IMG/VR virus record: IMGVR_UViG_3300020045_015401
Location: 1-45,280 of that record
DNA length: 45,280 nucleotides
Reading direction: 5' to 3' (one strand)
Source: a virus
Lineage: Duplodnaviria; Caudoviricetes
The notes beneath the pieces are model-generated. The model worked only from the letters and a program-made list of their open reading frames with translations. It did no database searches and had not been told where the DNA came from. The first letter of the stretch is position 1. Each line of letters opens with the position of its first letter. Both the position numbers and the translations under genes were made by a program. Shown here in pieces: positions 37,243 to 45,280 of this stretch.

Positions 37243-37875
37243 TTAGTTGTACAATCCTATTTTTTGGTTAAATTCTTTTCTAAGCGATATTCTTTCGGCG
37301 ACGGTGAACTTTCGTTCCTGCAACTTCAACCATTTAAGAATACCTCTTGCTATTGGTATTTTTTCTTTAACATCTGAAATGGATAGTTTTATAGGTTTTA
37401 TTTGTTGCAAACTATTCATATACTCTAAATATTCTTTTCCGAATGTGGCTACGATTCCATTTTGATAACGAATTGTATCTCCAGACTTCCAAGAATTGCT
37501 ATGTTCAGATTGAATCCAAATATTCTCTAAATGAAATCTTAATGTATCATTTGCGCCTACACCAATGTAATGTCCTGCGTTCATTTTACCATTAGTTGTA
37601 TTTGTAGCGATACAGGGATAATCTTTGTCGATACTTCTTGCGATTGAGTTTATTTCAGTTTGAAACTCTTTCTTCCAATCCGAAAGAGTTTTGAGTTTTT
37701 CCTTCAAAACTTGCTTTTCGTGTGCAGATTCCTTTTTGGCTTTTTTTACATTAGCCTCCTTTTGTTTTGCCACAACTGACATTGCATATTTCACTTTACA
37801 ATCTACTTTATCACAATATTTTTGGAGGAAGAATTTTGCCTCAAACTTGTCTTGGCAGTTTTTGCATCTTGGCAT
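37243..37875 (-). CDS. ninG: NinG/Rap-like recombination endonuclease
   Basis: N-terminal CKNC...YCDKVDC, then IARSIDKDYPCI...NAGHYIGVGA...LRFHLENIWIQ..N..KSGD, the NinG signature. Confidence 0.8.
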   Translation of the reverse strand: MPRCKNCQDKFEAKFFLQKYCDKVDCKVKYAMSVVAKQKEANVKKAKKESAHEKQVLKEKLKTLSDWKKEFQTEINSIARSIDKDYPCIATNTTNGKMNAGHYIGVGANDTLRFHLENIWIQSEHSNSWKSGDTIRYQNGIVATFGKEYLEYMNSLQQIKPIKLSISDVKEKIPIARGILKWLKLQERKFTVAERISLRKEFNQKIGLYN

Positions 37876-38007
37876 AATTTCAGTTTTCGTTTAAATAAGC
37901 ATCTCTACATTCTTTCGAGCAGAATTCGCCGTCGCATTCCTCCCCACAAAAATTACAGGTATTTTCCTTTTCTTCGGGGGGAGATTGTTGCTTGTATTCG
38001 TCGTAGG

Positions 38008-38385
38008 TCATTTGGTTAGGAGTTCAGGGTTTTCGTAAATGTTTCCAATTATTTCAATTTGGTGATTACAATGATGTAAAAATCTTTCATCTGTATCGTC
38101 TTTGATATTATGAACTGTGTATGCGCCTCCTAAAAGTTTGTATTTAAGGATGTAGTTTACGCCGTTACAATGAAATATTGAATCCTCGTAAATATCAATT
38201 CCGTTTTTATCTTTTAATCCAGTAAATTGCATTAAAATACCATTAGGAGTTGAATTATCATCTAAGTAAATTAACTCCCCAAGCCCATCAATTACAAAGT
38301 TTTTACCATCATCAAAATAACCGTTCCCGTCAGGATATAACATTTCGTTAATTTCATTCCAAACTCTAAATTTAATTTCTCTCAT
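38008..38385 (-). CDS. yopX: YopX family protein
   Basis: MREIKFRVW...LMQFTGLKDKNGIDIYE...IIGNIYENPELL. Confidence 0.9.
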   Translation of the reverse strand: MREIKFRVWNEINEMLYPDGNGYFDDGKNFVIDGLGELIYLDDNSTPNGILMQFTGLKDKNGIDIYEDSIFHCNGVNYILKYKLLGGAYTVHNIKDDTDERFLHHCNHQIEIIGNIYENPELLTK

Positions 38386-38506
38386 TTTTACTTATTTAAG
38401 TGGTTAATTACAATCGCTAAAACCCCAAATATGACTAAAACTTTAATCACTAAAAGCCATCCGTATTTTTTGTAGTTTCGTTCTTGGCGGTGGTATTCTT
38501 CTCTAG

Positions 38507-38737
38507 TCATAGCTTTTGTATTTCGAGTTTTACAGTTTCCCAATATTTTATTTCATCGGTGAATTTGTTTGGCAAACCGTCTTTTTCTAATTCAACAAAA
38601 AAATAATCTACATTCTCTAAAATTTCATCAACTGCTATAAATGCACCCTCTTTATGACTTTCAATATCGTCTGTATCATAATTAATCAGCTTATATTTTT
38701 CTACTAATTCTTTTGCTTTTTCTTTTGGTGTTTTCAT
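38507..38737 (-). CDS. Hypothetical phage protein
   Basis: TPKEKAKELVEKY...IAVDEIL...YWETVKLEIQKL pattern. Confidence 0.7.
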   Translation of the reverse strand: MKTPKEKAKELVEKYKLINYDTDDIESHKEGAFIAVDEILENVDYFFVELEKDGLPNKFTDEIKYWETVKLEIQKL

Positions 38738-38740
38738 CGC

Positions 38741-39115
38741 TTAGTTTTTTAATAAATAACGAATAGGTTTTATATCTTTATGTTCACTTGCAAGTTGTAA
38801 AGCTCTGTTACGGCTGTCTTTCGGTTCGTCGAAGATTACGTGTTGTCTTTCCGGCGGGTTGCGTTTTTGGTTTCTCATATCTGTTGGTGTTTCTATGGTT
38901 TGAATGTTTATTTTTGATGGTTTATGTTCGATTGTAAAATCTATTTGCCTTTTTTGAATAGGATATGGCATCATATCTATTAGCTTTATTTTTTCAGATA
39001 ATTTTGCTATTTCGGCAGATAGTTTTATAGACTTCGAACGTGTTGTCGTTTTTTGATACTCGATATAACTTGATATTTGAGCGTCAATTTTATTTTTAAG
39101 GTTTATGTGATTCAT
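38741..39115 (-). CDS. Hypothetical protein
   Basis: 124 aa, ATGA-coupled. Confidence 0.6.
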   Translation of the reverse strand: MNHINLKNKIDAQISSYIEYQKTTTRSKSIKLSAEIAKLSEKIKLIDMMPYPIQKRQIDFTIEHKPSKINIQTIETPTDMRNQKRNPPERQHVIFDEPKDSRNRALQLASEHKDIKPIRYLLKN

Positions 39116-39312
39116 TTTTTGGTTTTTGTTCTGTCAAAGTGAATGTCTAATATTCTATTTACTTGATGATTGCTTACTCCAAAATGCCCTGCTACTACGG
39201 ATGTTCTATTGTCTTTTTGGGTTTTGAAATATGTTAAAATCTCCTTTTCCTTATCCGCCGAAATAGAAACACATCTGTTTATTCTATTTAATTGTGCTGT
39301 GGTTTTTCTCAT
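39112..39312 (-). CDS. Small HTH DNA-binding protein
   Basis: TSVVAGHFGVSNHQVNRIL helix-turn-helix pattern. Confidence 0.65.
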   Translation of the reverse strand: MRKTTAQLNRINRCVSISADKEKEILTYFKTQKDNRTSVVAGHFGVSNHQVNRILDIHFDRTKTKK

Positions 39313-40109
39313 AGTTTTGATTGGGCTAATTTTTCAAAACTCTTAAATAAAGGAGCCGTTTTGTAACGTTCAGGATTATAAGGAAAACCCGCCGAAACTC
39401 CCCATACAGAAAGTAAATCATTAAGACTTAGTAGTGGTTTGTTTAGGAGTATGTATTCTTCTGATTTTTCTTTGGTGGAGAAAGTAGCTAACGCTCCATT
39501 CATTGTTCCTAAAGCATATTTTGTAGTTCCTAATGTAAATTGTGGGAAAACGAAATAATAAGTATCTCCTTCAAAAATATCTTTTCCGTCCGCCGTAGTG
39601 AATAAAGGATTTTTATATTCAATGATTTCAGCCCATTTTCCTTTATTGAAAATACAAATTCCAACACCTTCTGTATCGTGTATGTATAAAGTAGAATCTG
39701 AATAATATCTATATTTATCACAATTAATTTTTTGCGTTCCGACATTAACCCCTTTTACATACCCTCTTTTTTTTGCCTCAAAAATTAAAGCGTTTGCAAT
39801 TTCTTCCTCACAAGCTAAAACATCATCTTCTTGGTATTTTTTTATAGGGAATGATTCATTTTCCGCCCATCTTTCTCTGCAAAAACCATAAGCGAAAACT
39901 GTATCATTTTTAACTTTAGTTACGTGAAATAACCCAACTGAATTTCTATACCATTTTCCTACTTCGTATTTTACTTCCTCTACTTTTTGCCAATCATTTG
40001 AGTTTTCTATGAATCTTTTAGGAATACAAGTTGCGTTTGAACATATGTAATAATTTTCATTAATTTGTTTTACTATGTCTCCTGTTGTATTGTGTTTATA
40101 CTGTGTCAT
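39309..40109 (-). CDS. Hypothetical phage protein
   Basis: 266 aa; PLFTTADGKDIFEGD motif. Confidence 0.7.
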   Translation of the reverse strand: MTQYKHNTTGDIVKQINENYYICSNATCIPKRFIENSNDWQKVEEVKYEVGKWYRNSVGLFHVTKVKNDTVFAYGFCRERWAENESFPIKKYQEDDVLACEEEIANALIFEAKKRGYVKGVNVGTQKINCDKYRYYSDSTLYIHDTEGVGICIFNKGKWAEIIEYKNPLFTTADGKDIFEGDTYYFVFPQFTLGTTKYALGTMNGALATFSTKEKSEEYILLNKPLLSLNDLLSVWGVSAGFPYNPERYKTAPLFKSFEKLAQSKL

Positions 40110-40131
40110 TTTATTTGTTTTTAGTTGTTAT

Positions 40132-41016
40132 TTATTTGCGAAAACTTTTCCCTTTAAACTCGATTACGTTAAACATTTCGAATAATCTGTCGTAAACTCG
40201 ACCTCCATATTTCTCCCCAAATTCCTCTAATGCTACTTCTACATTTCCTTCAAATCCTTCTTTGTAATTACAAGTGATGTAGGTTTTTTCAATTATTTTT
40301 TTTTCTTCAATTTTGTCAAACATTTTATTGTACCGAGTTTCTAAAATATCTTTGAAGATGTTTACCTTTCCATAATTTGAAGCGATACGTTCTGTTTTGA
40401 TGTCGTCGAAATAGCGTTGTCCGAGATTTACTTTTTTATTGAAATCTTCTTTCGAAAGTTCATCATTGCATTTCTCGAACATTGTAACCACCTCATTTGC
40501 GGTATATCCCTTGAATGACATTCCTTTTACCGTCCGAAAGATTTTCTCAAAAACTCGCATTGCAGCCGTTTTACCATTTCCAAAAGTCCCTACAATTAAA
40601 ATTCCTTTATCGAAACTTGGATTAGATGATTTTGAAAGATTCTCACATTTAAAAAATCGTGGGTCTTTTGAAAAATAATATACCAAAGGGAGGATGTTAT
40701 TTGTCGTAAACTCGTCTTTTACGAATTCTTTGCCGTGTACCTCAAAGAAATTAGCCTTAAATACGTTCCCTAAAAGCAATGCAGTCGTTTTAAAAGGCTT
40801 TTCTTCTTTTTGCGATAACATATTCGCAATATAATTTTTAGACCATTCTCGTTGCTCTGTTGAGGGTAAATGCTTTTGCTTAAATTCCTCCATCTGACTT
40901 TTTTCTAAATCCGTCAATGTCGAAAAAGGAAGGTTTTTTAAGTTTTGATATTTATTATATCCAATCCCCGTTTTCGGTTCATCGATTTTTTGCGAAAGTT
41001 GTTTTAGTATTTCCAT
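40132..41016 (-). CDS. DnaC/IstB-like AAA+ ATPase (helicase loader)
   Basis: Walker A GTFGNGKT, Walker B-like YFDDIKTE, ITCN, YGGRVYDRLFEMFNVIEFKGKSFR; follows the initiator gene. Confidence 0.85.
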   Translation of the reverse strand: MEILKQLSQKIDEPKTGIGYNKYQNLKNLPFSTLTDLEKSQMEEFKQKHLPSTEQREWSKNYIANMLSQKEEKPFKTTALLLGNVFKANFFEVHGKEFVKDEFTTNNILPLVYYFSKDPRFFKCENLSKSSNPSFDKGILIVGTFGNGKTAAMRVFEKIFRTVKGMSFKGYTANEVVTMFEKCNDELSKEDFNKKVNLGQRYFDDIKTERIASNYGKVNIFKDILETRYNKMFDKIEEKKIIEKTYITCNYKEGFEGNVEVALEEFGEKYGGRVYDRLFEMFNVIEFKGKSFRK

Positions 41017-41677
41017 TTTTAGTTTTGTTTACAGGAATCCAATTTTTAAAGTGTTTTGCAAATTCATTCATCGTAGGATGATATTTTAGCTCGGTGCTTA
41101 AATGGCTAAAAAACATTTCAAGTTTCAAATCGACTTCCGACGGCGGAATTTTAAAACTTGTTGAAATTTCTTTTTTCCAATTTTCGTTTTTTAGTAATGT
41201 ATTTTTAAATAGAAGGTTATTATTATTAATATCATTTTCATTTTCATCTTCAGAGTTTGCTTGGAATTTTGCTTGAGCAAAACCGTCGTCCTTTCCTAAT
41301 GATTTTTTACCTCCTTTTGAACCCGCTAAAGCTCTCTTATCACTAATGTTTCCGTCCTTTACCATCCTTTTTTGAGATAGTAAATCACCATCAAGATTAA
41401 GCACTTCCTCCGTTACTAATTCGACCAACGACGATTCTATCACTTCCAAAGTGTAAGGCAAAAACTTAGCAAGTTTGCAAGCAAAATTTATAATGTTGCT
41501 TTCGTTTTGCTTGTCATTTTGCTTGAGCAAAAAAGTTCCGTAGTTTTTAGATTTGTGCATCATACACAATATCCGAATGTAAACTCCAGTAGCTTTTGCC
41601 GAACACTCCATTAGCTTCTCATCAGTCATAAAATCCTGAACGTATAATGGTAGATATGGTTGATTTCGTAATGCCAT
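40979..41677 (-). CDS. Phage replication initiation protein (DUF1376/YdaU-like)
   Basis: N-terminal PYLPLYVQDFMTD...GVYIRIL, RALAGSKGG linker, C-terminal HFKNW; paired with the loader gene. Confidence 0.75.
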   Translation of the reverse strand: MALRNQPYLPLYVQDFMTDEKLMECSAKATGVYIRILCMMHKSKNYGTFLLKQNDKQNESNIINFACKLAKFLPYTLEVIESSLVELVTEEVLNLDGDLLSQKRMVKDGNISDKRALAGSKGGKKSLGKDDGFAQAKFQANSEDENENDINNNNLLFKNTLLKNENWKKEISTSFKIPPSEVDLKLEMFFSHLSTELKYHPTMNEFAKHFKNWIPVNKTKNGNTKTTFAKNR

Positions 41678-41682
41678 ATTTT

Positions 41683-42564
41683 TTAATTATTACCATTTAG
41701 CGTGATAGTTTTGTAGTAATCCCTTGCTAATTTTACTTTTTCAGCCATCAACTTCATTTTTTCTTTATCACGTTGGAAAGTGAAAGTTTTAACTCTTTCC
41801 TCTTTGGTAAATCTATCTCCAGTAGAGTAGATAAGATTTCGTTCGATTTGAGCATAAATTGGCTCCATCATAGTTTCAAGTTCCGCTTCTTCTTCGGTGG
41901 TCATAGTGTTGGAATAATACTTTCTCCAAGCGAATTCTTTTTCTTTTTGAAGTAAATGATCAGGACAATCTACAAGGCAGTATCTTAGTTGGAATTCGTC
42001 TGCATCCCAAAGCTCCATATAAATTCTACCTTGCCATTCGTAGTCGATTGATGGTTTTGAAGTCATAAAAGTTTCAGCATCCCACGAACATTTTACATCG
42101 TGAACAATTCGTTTTCCATCAACTTCTTTTACTACATCACATTCTCCACTATGGTCTTTGTTTTCTTTTCTTTCGTCGTTTTTAGAATACATAATTCCGT
42201 CAACATCAGAAATCAATGTAATTGCATCTTCTTCGTTAAAAGTGCCTTTGTCGAGGTATTTTGACTTAATATCTTTTACGATTCCTTTTTCGTTTTTGAG
42301 CCAAACTTTCCGAACAAATGCTTTGGCCGTATCTGAAAGTTCAGGAGGTGCATCACGTTTAGCGATTAGTTCAGCTAATTCATCAGGTTTTTTGGTTCCT
42401 TCCCATTTTACTTTATTTCCGTTTGCATTAAGTCCTGTAAGTTTCTCTTTTAATAATTCTTGAATTCTATCTAATTGAGTTTCGGTTATTCCTGTTCCTT
42501 GCTTTGTAGTCATTAAAGCTCCTGAACCGGAACTTCTAAATAATATTTCTTCTGTTGGGGTCAT
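41683..42564 (-). CDS. YqaJ/lambda-exonuclease-like recombination nuclease
   Basis: FRSS, KG..EEDA, SGECD...DVKCSW, YEWQGRIYM: PD-(D/E)xK pattern. Confidence 0.8.
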   Translation of the reverse strand: MTPTEEILFRSSGSGALMTTKQGTGITETQLDRIQELLKEKLTGLNANGNKVKWEGTKKPDELAELIAKRDAPPELSDTAKAFVRKVWLKNEKGIVKDIKSKYLDKGTFNEEDAITLISDVDGIMYSKNDERKENKDHSGECDVVKEVDGKRIVHDVKCSWDAETFMTSKPSIDYEWQGRIYMELWDADEFQLRYCLVDCPDHLLQKEKEFAWRKYYSNTMTTEEEAELETMMEPIYAQIERNLIYSTGDRFTKEERVKTFTFQRDKEKMKLMAEKVKLARDYYKTITLNGNN

Positions 42565-43316
42565 ACTTCTGGGATTTTAATTTTTTCTAAATAATCTTTG
42601 ATTCTCGAATATGCTTTGACTTGTTTTTTATCGATTACAGATTTTACATCGTCGAAGTCATTTGCAGGAATGAAGTCTTTTTTCAATTCGAATAAATCCG
42701 ACATTGCTTTGTGATTATCCTGTGTTTTTTCCATAACTCCTTTATTGAAAACTACTACGCTATCAATTTCTTCGTCACGGTTAAGGTTAGCGCCAAACAT
42801 TTTTCCGAGTTTTTTCGCTGCATTTTTTACGGCACGACTATAAGCAATACCTACTCCAAGTTCAAGAGCATTTGCTTTCATCGTGAAGTTGAATTGGTCA
42901 ATTTTAGACCCCGAATCTTGCTGTAATGCTTTGGCTCCAATTCCGTCAATTTTTCTCATTTCCTGTGAAATAGGACATTTGTACGATAAGGTGGTTATGA
43001 CAATGAAACTGTTCAAGTCCCTAAAAGAATTTTTTATTTCGAAGTCGATTTGGCGAAAGAAAATCTGACGTAATGCCTCTTCGACTACTTCGATTGGCAC
43101 GTATTCAAAGTCTTGTGCATTTCCTGCATTAAGTCCTTTTTTCTGCATTTCGTCCTTCATATTCTTAACCTTGATAGGTTCTTGACGAAGGGCTAAATTT
43201 AAAATTTGAACTTTTTTAGAAAGAGTTTCAGCATTTTCTATTTTTGATAAGAAAGCTAATCCATCGAAAACGGCTACTTCACTTGTGTTTTGTATTACTG
43301 CTATTTCTTCTGACAT
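42561..43316 (-). CDS. Sak/Rad52-like single-strand annealing protein
   Basis: FEYVPIEVVEEALRQIF and AYSRAVKNAAKKLGKMFGANLNR motifs; adjacent to the exonuclease. Confidence 0.7.
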   Translation of the reverse strand: MSEEIAVIQNTSEVAVFDGLAFLSKIENAETLSKKVQILNLALRQEPIKVKNMKDEMQKKGLNAGNAQDFEYVPIEVVEEALRQIFFRQIDFEIKNSFRDLNSFIVITTLSYKCPISQEMRKIDGIGAKALQQDSGSKIDQFNFTMKANALELGVGIAYSRAVKNAAKKLGKMFGANLNRDEEIDSVVVFNKGVMEKTQDNHKAMSDLFELKKDFIPANDFDDVKSVIDKKQVKAYSRIKDYLEKIKIPEV

Positions 43317-43346
43317 AGTTAAAGTTTTGTTGGAGGGTTATAGATT

Positions 43347-43374
43347 ATACGACTACAAATATTTACTGTCGGTA
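43347..43374. promoter_or_regulatory. Seventh copy of the 28-bp palindromic operator
   Basis: ATACGACTACAAA-TA-TTTACTGTCGGTA, intergenic, upstream of the recombination/replication genes. Confidence 0.6.
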
Positions 43375-43392
43375 AATCAGATTGTGAGTTTT

Positions 43393-43611
43393 TCATTGTG
43401 GTAGTTTAAATGAGTTATTGTAATAGTTTTGAAGTTTTGATTTTGCTTTTTTTAGGGATTCGATTTTTTGTGCTTGCCATTTTTTCCACCCCAAAAAATC
43501 ATTTTCACCATATAAATGTAAATCTGCTTCTTTTCTTAGAATTCTATTTGTAGCTAAATCAATTGCTTCTAATACTCTAATCGCTTTTTCGTGTTTTTCT
43601 ATTTGTGTCAT
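43393..43611 (-). CDS. Hypothetical protein
   Basis: 72 aa helical, ATGA-coupled. Confidence 0.6.
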   Translation of the reverse strand: MTQIEKHEKAIRVLEAIDLATNRILRKEADLHLYGENDFLGWKKWQAQKIESLKKAKSKLQNYYNNSFKLPQ

Positions 43612-43880
43612 TTCGATTTATTGATTAGATTATAAACTTCAATAGCGTTTTGCTTTTCATCTGCGGGTAAAAAATGAACTTTATAGGTATAAGAATTACC
43701 GTGTTTATTTACATCCGTTTCCGCTTTGTGAAATAGTTTCACATTGTGTTCGAGAGATAATTCACTTATTCTGGTTCGAAATCCGGCTAAGTATGGGAAA
43801 TCTTTCAAAGAAGTACATCCTTTTGCGATAAGTGCATAAAGCACCTCTGCCCTGTTGTTAATTGGCGTTGTTAATTCCAT
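43608..43880 (-). CDS. Winged-helix DNA-binding protein
   Basis: AEVLYALI...FRTRISELS..H followed by a beta-hairpin (NKHGNSYTYKVHFL). Confidence 0.65.
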   Translation of the reverse strand: MELTTPINNRAEVLYALIAKGCTSLKDFPYLAGFRTRISELSLEHNVKLFHKAETDVNKHGNSYTYKVHFLPADEKQNAIEVYNLINKSK

Positions 43881-43891
43881 AAAATGTGTGA

Positions 43892-44068
43892 TTAATTTTT
43901 ACGTTTTTTATTCGCTAGATACTCGTTAAGAGCATTCAATCCCAATTCAGTTTTTGTTTTCTTTATGGGGGTTTTTGTCGGGGCCACAATAATTGTAGAA
44001 TCTACTTTTGAAACTATTTTCTTCAAAACTTGCATTTCATCGTCGGTTAATACAACTGTATGGTACAT
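43892..44068 (-). CDS. Hypothetical 58-aa protein (not in ORF track)
   Basis: MYHTVVLTDDEMQVLKKIV...ANKKRKN* fills the gap in the minus-strand operon. Confidence 0.55.
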   Translation of the reverse strand: MYHTVVLTDDEMQVLKKIVSKVDSTIIVAPTKTPIKKTKTELGLNALNEYLANKKRKN

Positions 44069-44074
44069 AGGCTG

Positions 44075-44272
44075 TTATTTTAAAATCCAGTTGTTACCGT
44101 CGATATGTCCACAGTTATTTGCCTTGCAAAAAAGTGTTTTGTTTTCGTCGTTTTTAATTTGGAAATTTGAATCGCTAAAAACATTGTAGATAGTGTATTC
44201 TTTGTCTTTAGTCAATGATTCTGAACTGATTGGACATATAGCTATGTCGCCTTTTTTTATTGAACTCTCCAT
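44075..44272 (-). CDS. Hypothetical protein (SH3-like beta pattern)
   Basis: IKKGD...LTKDKEYTI...IKNDE pattern, 65 aa. Confidence 0.6.
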   Translation of the reverse strand: MESSIKKGDIAICPISSESLTKDKEYTIYNVFSDSNFQIKNDENKTLFCKANNCGHIDGNNWILK

Positions 44273-44274
44273 AT

Positions 44275-44484
44275 TTAAACCAATTGTTTTTCAAAAATTT
44301 GCTCTTCACTTAAACCTGTAATTCGAACAAGGTCGGGAAGGTATTTTGGTTTTGTAAGTTCGTCTGCGGATGGTTTCTCTAACCAATCACAAATTGTGAA
44401 ATAAGATACGTCAAATGCGACTGCAAATTGGCATCGTAAATTACTGTTTTTTGTTTTTTTTGTAAATTCTTTTGTAAATTTCAT
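44275..44484 (-). CDS. Cro-like HTH regulator
   Basis: FAVAFDVSYFTICDWL HTH; first gene of the early operon, divergent from the repressor. Confidence 0.7.
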   Translation of the reverse strand: MKFTKEFTKKTKNSNLRCQFAVAFDVSYFTICDWLEKPSADELTKPKYLPDLVRITGLSEEQIFEKQLV

Positions 44485-44505
44485 AGTTTATTGATTTTTA
44501 TTAAT

Positions 44506-44600
44506 TATATTTGGTTAACCATTCTGAAATGGTGTGTAATAATAGACCAAATGTAATGTGTAATATTCTATTATCCAAACTTTATGTCCATTATTTCACA
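44506..44600. promoter_or_regulatory. Lysis-lysogeny switch: face-to-face promoters and TGTG(T/A)AATA operator half-sites
   Basis: Plus strand TATATTTG 44506-44513; minus strand TTTG 44576-44579, 20 bp spacer, TACATTTG 44548-44555; TGTGTAATA at 44533 and 44557; inverted TATTTCACA 44592-44600. Confidence 0.65.
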
Positions 44601-44633
44601 CAAAAACTAAAATTAATTTTTAAATCATTTATT

Positions 44634-45002
44634 ATGAATAACTTAGATATAATTAAAATCAGAGAAGAATTAGGTTTGAGTCAGCTAAAATTTGCAGAAT
44701 TGATAGGTGTTGACCGTAGAACGGTAATTAATTACGAGCAAGGAAAGATAATACCAGAGTCTAAAAAGAAGTTATTAAATCTATTGCTTCAAGAAAAAAG
44801 AAGTGTTTCAGAGCCATTACTTGAAAATAACTATAAAGAACAGTTAGAGAATATGACTAGGGAAATTTTAGATTTAAAAGACCATATTAAAACTCTAAAA
44901 GAATTAGTTGAAGAAAAAACGACGTTAGTTGTAATTTACAAATCTGAAAATGTTTTACTGAAACAAAAGATTGATGAATTAGAGAGAAATGCGGGAGGTT
45001 AG
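44634..45002 (+). CDS. XRE-family (CI-like) repressor
   Basis: IIKIREELGLSQLKFAELIGVDRRTVINYEQGKIIP HTH_3 plus C-terminal coiled coil; ATG 44634 preferred. Confidence 0.85.
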   Translation: MNNLDIIKIREELGLSQLKFAELIGVDRRTVINYEQGKIIPESKKKLLNLLLQEKRSVSEPLLENNYKEQLENMTREILDLKDHIKTLKELVEEKTTLVVIYKSENVLLKQKIDELERNAGG

Positions 45003-45126
45003 ATAAAATATTTCGCTGTTTTACGCACACAAACTGCACACAAAACAGCACAAAAACGACTATTTTGCATTACACACTACCCTTGCTATCAAAGGGAAAA
45101 ATTACAAAAAATTAACCTTCGGGGTT

Positions 45127-45142
45127 TCCCTCTTTCTCCGCA
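45127..45142 (+). mobile_element. Putative attP core resembling the 3' end of a tRNA-Ser
   Basis: TCCCTCTTTCTCCGCA resembles the T-stem 3' side plus acceptor (TCTCC-G) of Ser tRNAs; no 5' tRNA half upstream; followed by a terminator and the integrase start. Confidence 0.6.
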
Positions 45143-45144
45143 CA

Positions 45145-45184
45145 AAAACGGGAAGCCCCATAAATAAAGGCTTCCCGTTTTTTT
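45145..45184 (+). terminator. Intrinsic terminator after the att core
   Basis: AAAACGGGAAGCC-N11-GGCTTCCCGTTTTTTT. Confidence 0.8.
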
Positions 45185-45215
45185 ATACCCATTTCGCACA
45201 CAAAACGCACACAAA

Positions 45216-45280
45216 ATGAAAAATCGATATTCTACCCCAAAAATTGTAAAAGCAGAAAAAGGATGGTACGTTTATTTCAG
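45216..45280 (+). CDS. Probable tyrosine integrase, N-terminus only (truncated by window end)
   Basis: MKNRYSTPKIVKAEKGWYVYF; WYVYF arm-binding-domain pattern of Bacteroidota integrases; adjacent to attP-like site. Confidence 0.55.
   Translation, partial: MKNRYSTPKIVKAEKGWYVYF

Larger units (their letters stand above)
45024..45216 (+). repeat. GCACACAAA direct repeats flanking the att core (integrase arm-type sites)
   Basis: GCACACAAA at 45025, 45036, 45196 and 45207; GCACAAAA at 45048 and 45140. Confidence 0.65.

Noticed and set aside
43965-44189. 74-aa plus-strand ORF in the early region
   Set aside because: Antisense to two better-supported minus-strand ORFs (43892-44068 and 44075-44272) in a continuous operon.
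44511-44633. 41-aa N-terminal extension of the repressor in the ORF track
   Set aside because: It starts at a TTG within a -7 box and spans the operator region; the HTH begins right after ATG 44634.

Overview
AT-rich temperate bacteriophage genome segment. The host is probably Bacteroidota (Flavobacterium-like), judged from the TAnnTTTG promoter boxes and the A-rich, SD-less translation starts. The + strand (about 0.1-35.7 kb) carries a podovirus-type morphogenesis module with crAss/Bacteroidota-podovirus-like gene order: terminase, portal, scaffold, major capsid, ring/tail proteins, a 1321-aa tail stabilisation protein and three ejection-type proteins. No recognisable RNA polymerase is present. 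The - strand (35.7-44.5 kb) carries a lambdoid early region: NinG, YopX, DnaC-like loader, replication initiator, YqaJ exonuclease, Sak/Rad52 and a Cro-like gene. It is followed by a CI-like repressor, an attP-like site with a tRNA-Ser 3' end and the start of an integrase. The most interesting signal is a non-coding regulatory layer with four parts. (i) A 28-bp palindromic operator sits exactly 6 bp upstream of the -7 box in six late promoters, with a seventh copy in the early region. (ii) Four antisense cassettes lie back-to-back with late promoters; two share an identical 45-bp promoter and both are methyltransferase/HNH units. (iii) Those two units have leaders of different sequence but the same fold, in which a 5' segment pairs with the loop of a terminator hairpin. 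(iv) The 3' trailer of a phage initiator-type tRNA is complementary in three colinear blocks to one of these leaders, making it a candidate tRNA-derived antisense RNA controlling an attenuator. Product calls rest on motif recognition and gene order only; no database searches were run.
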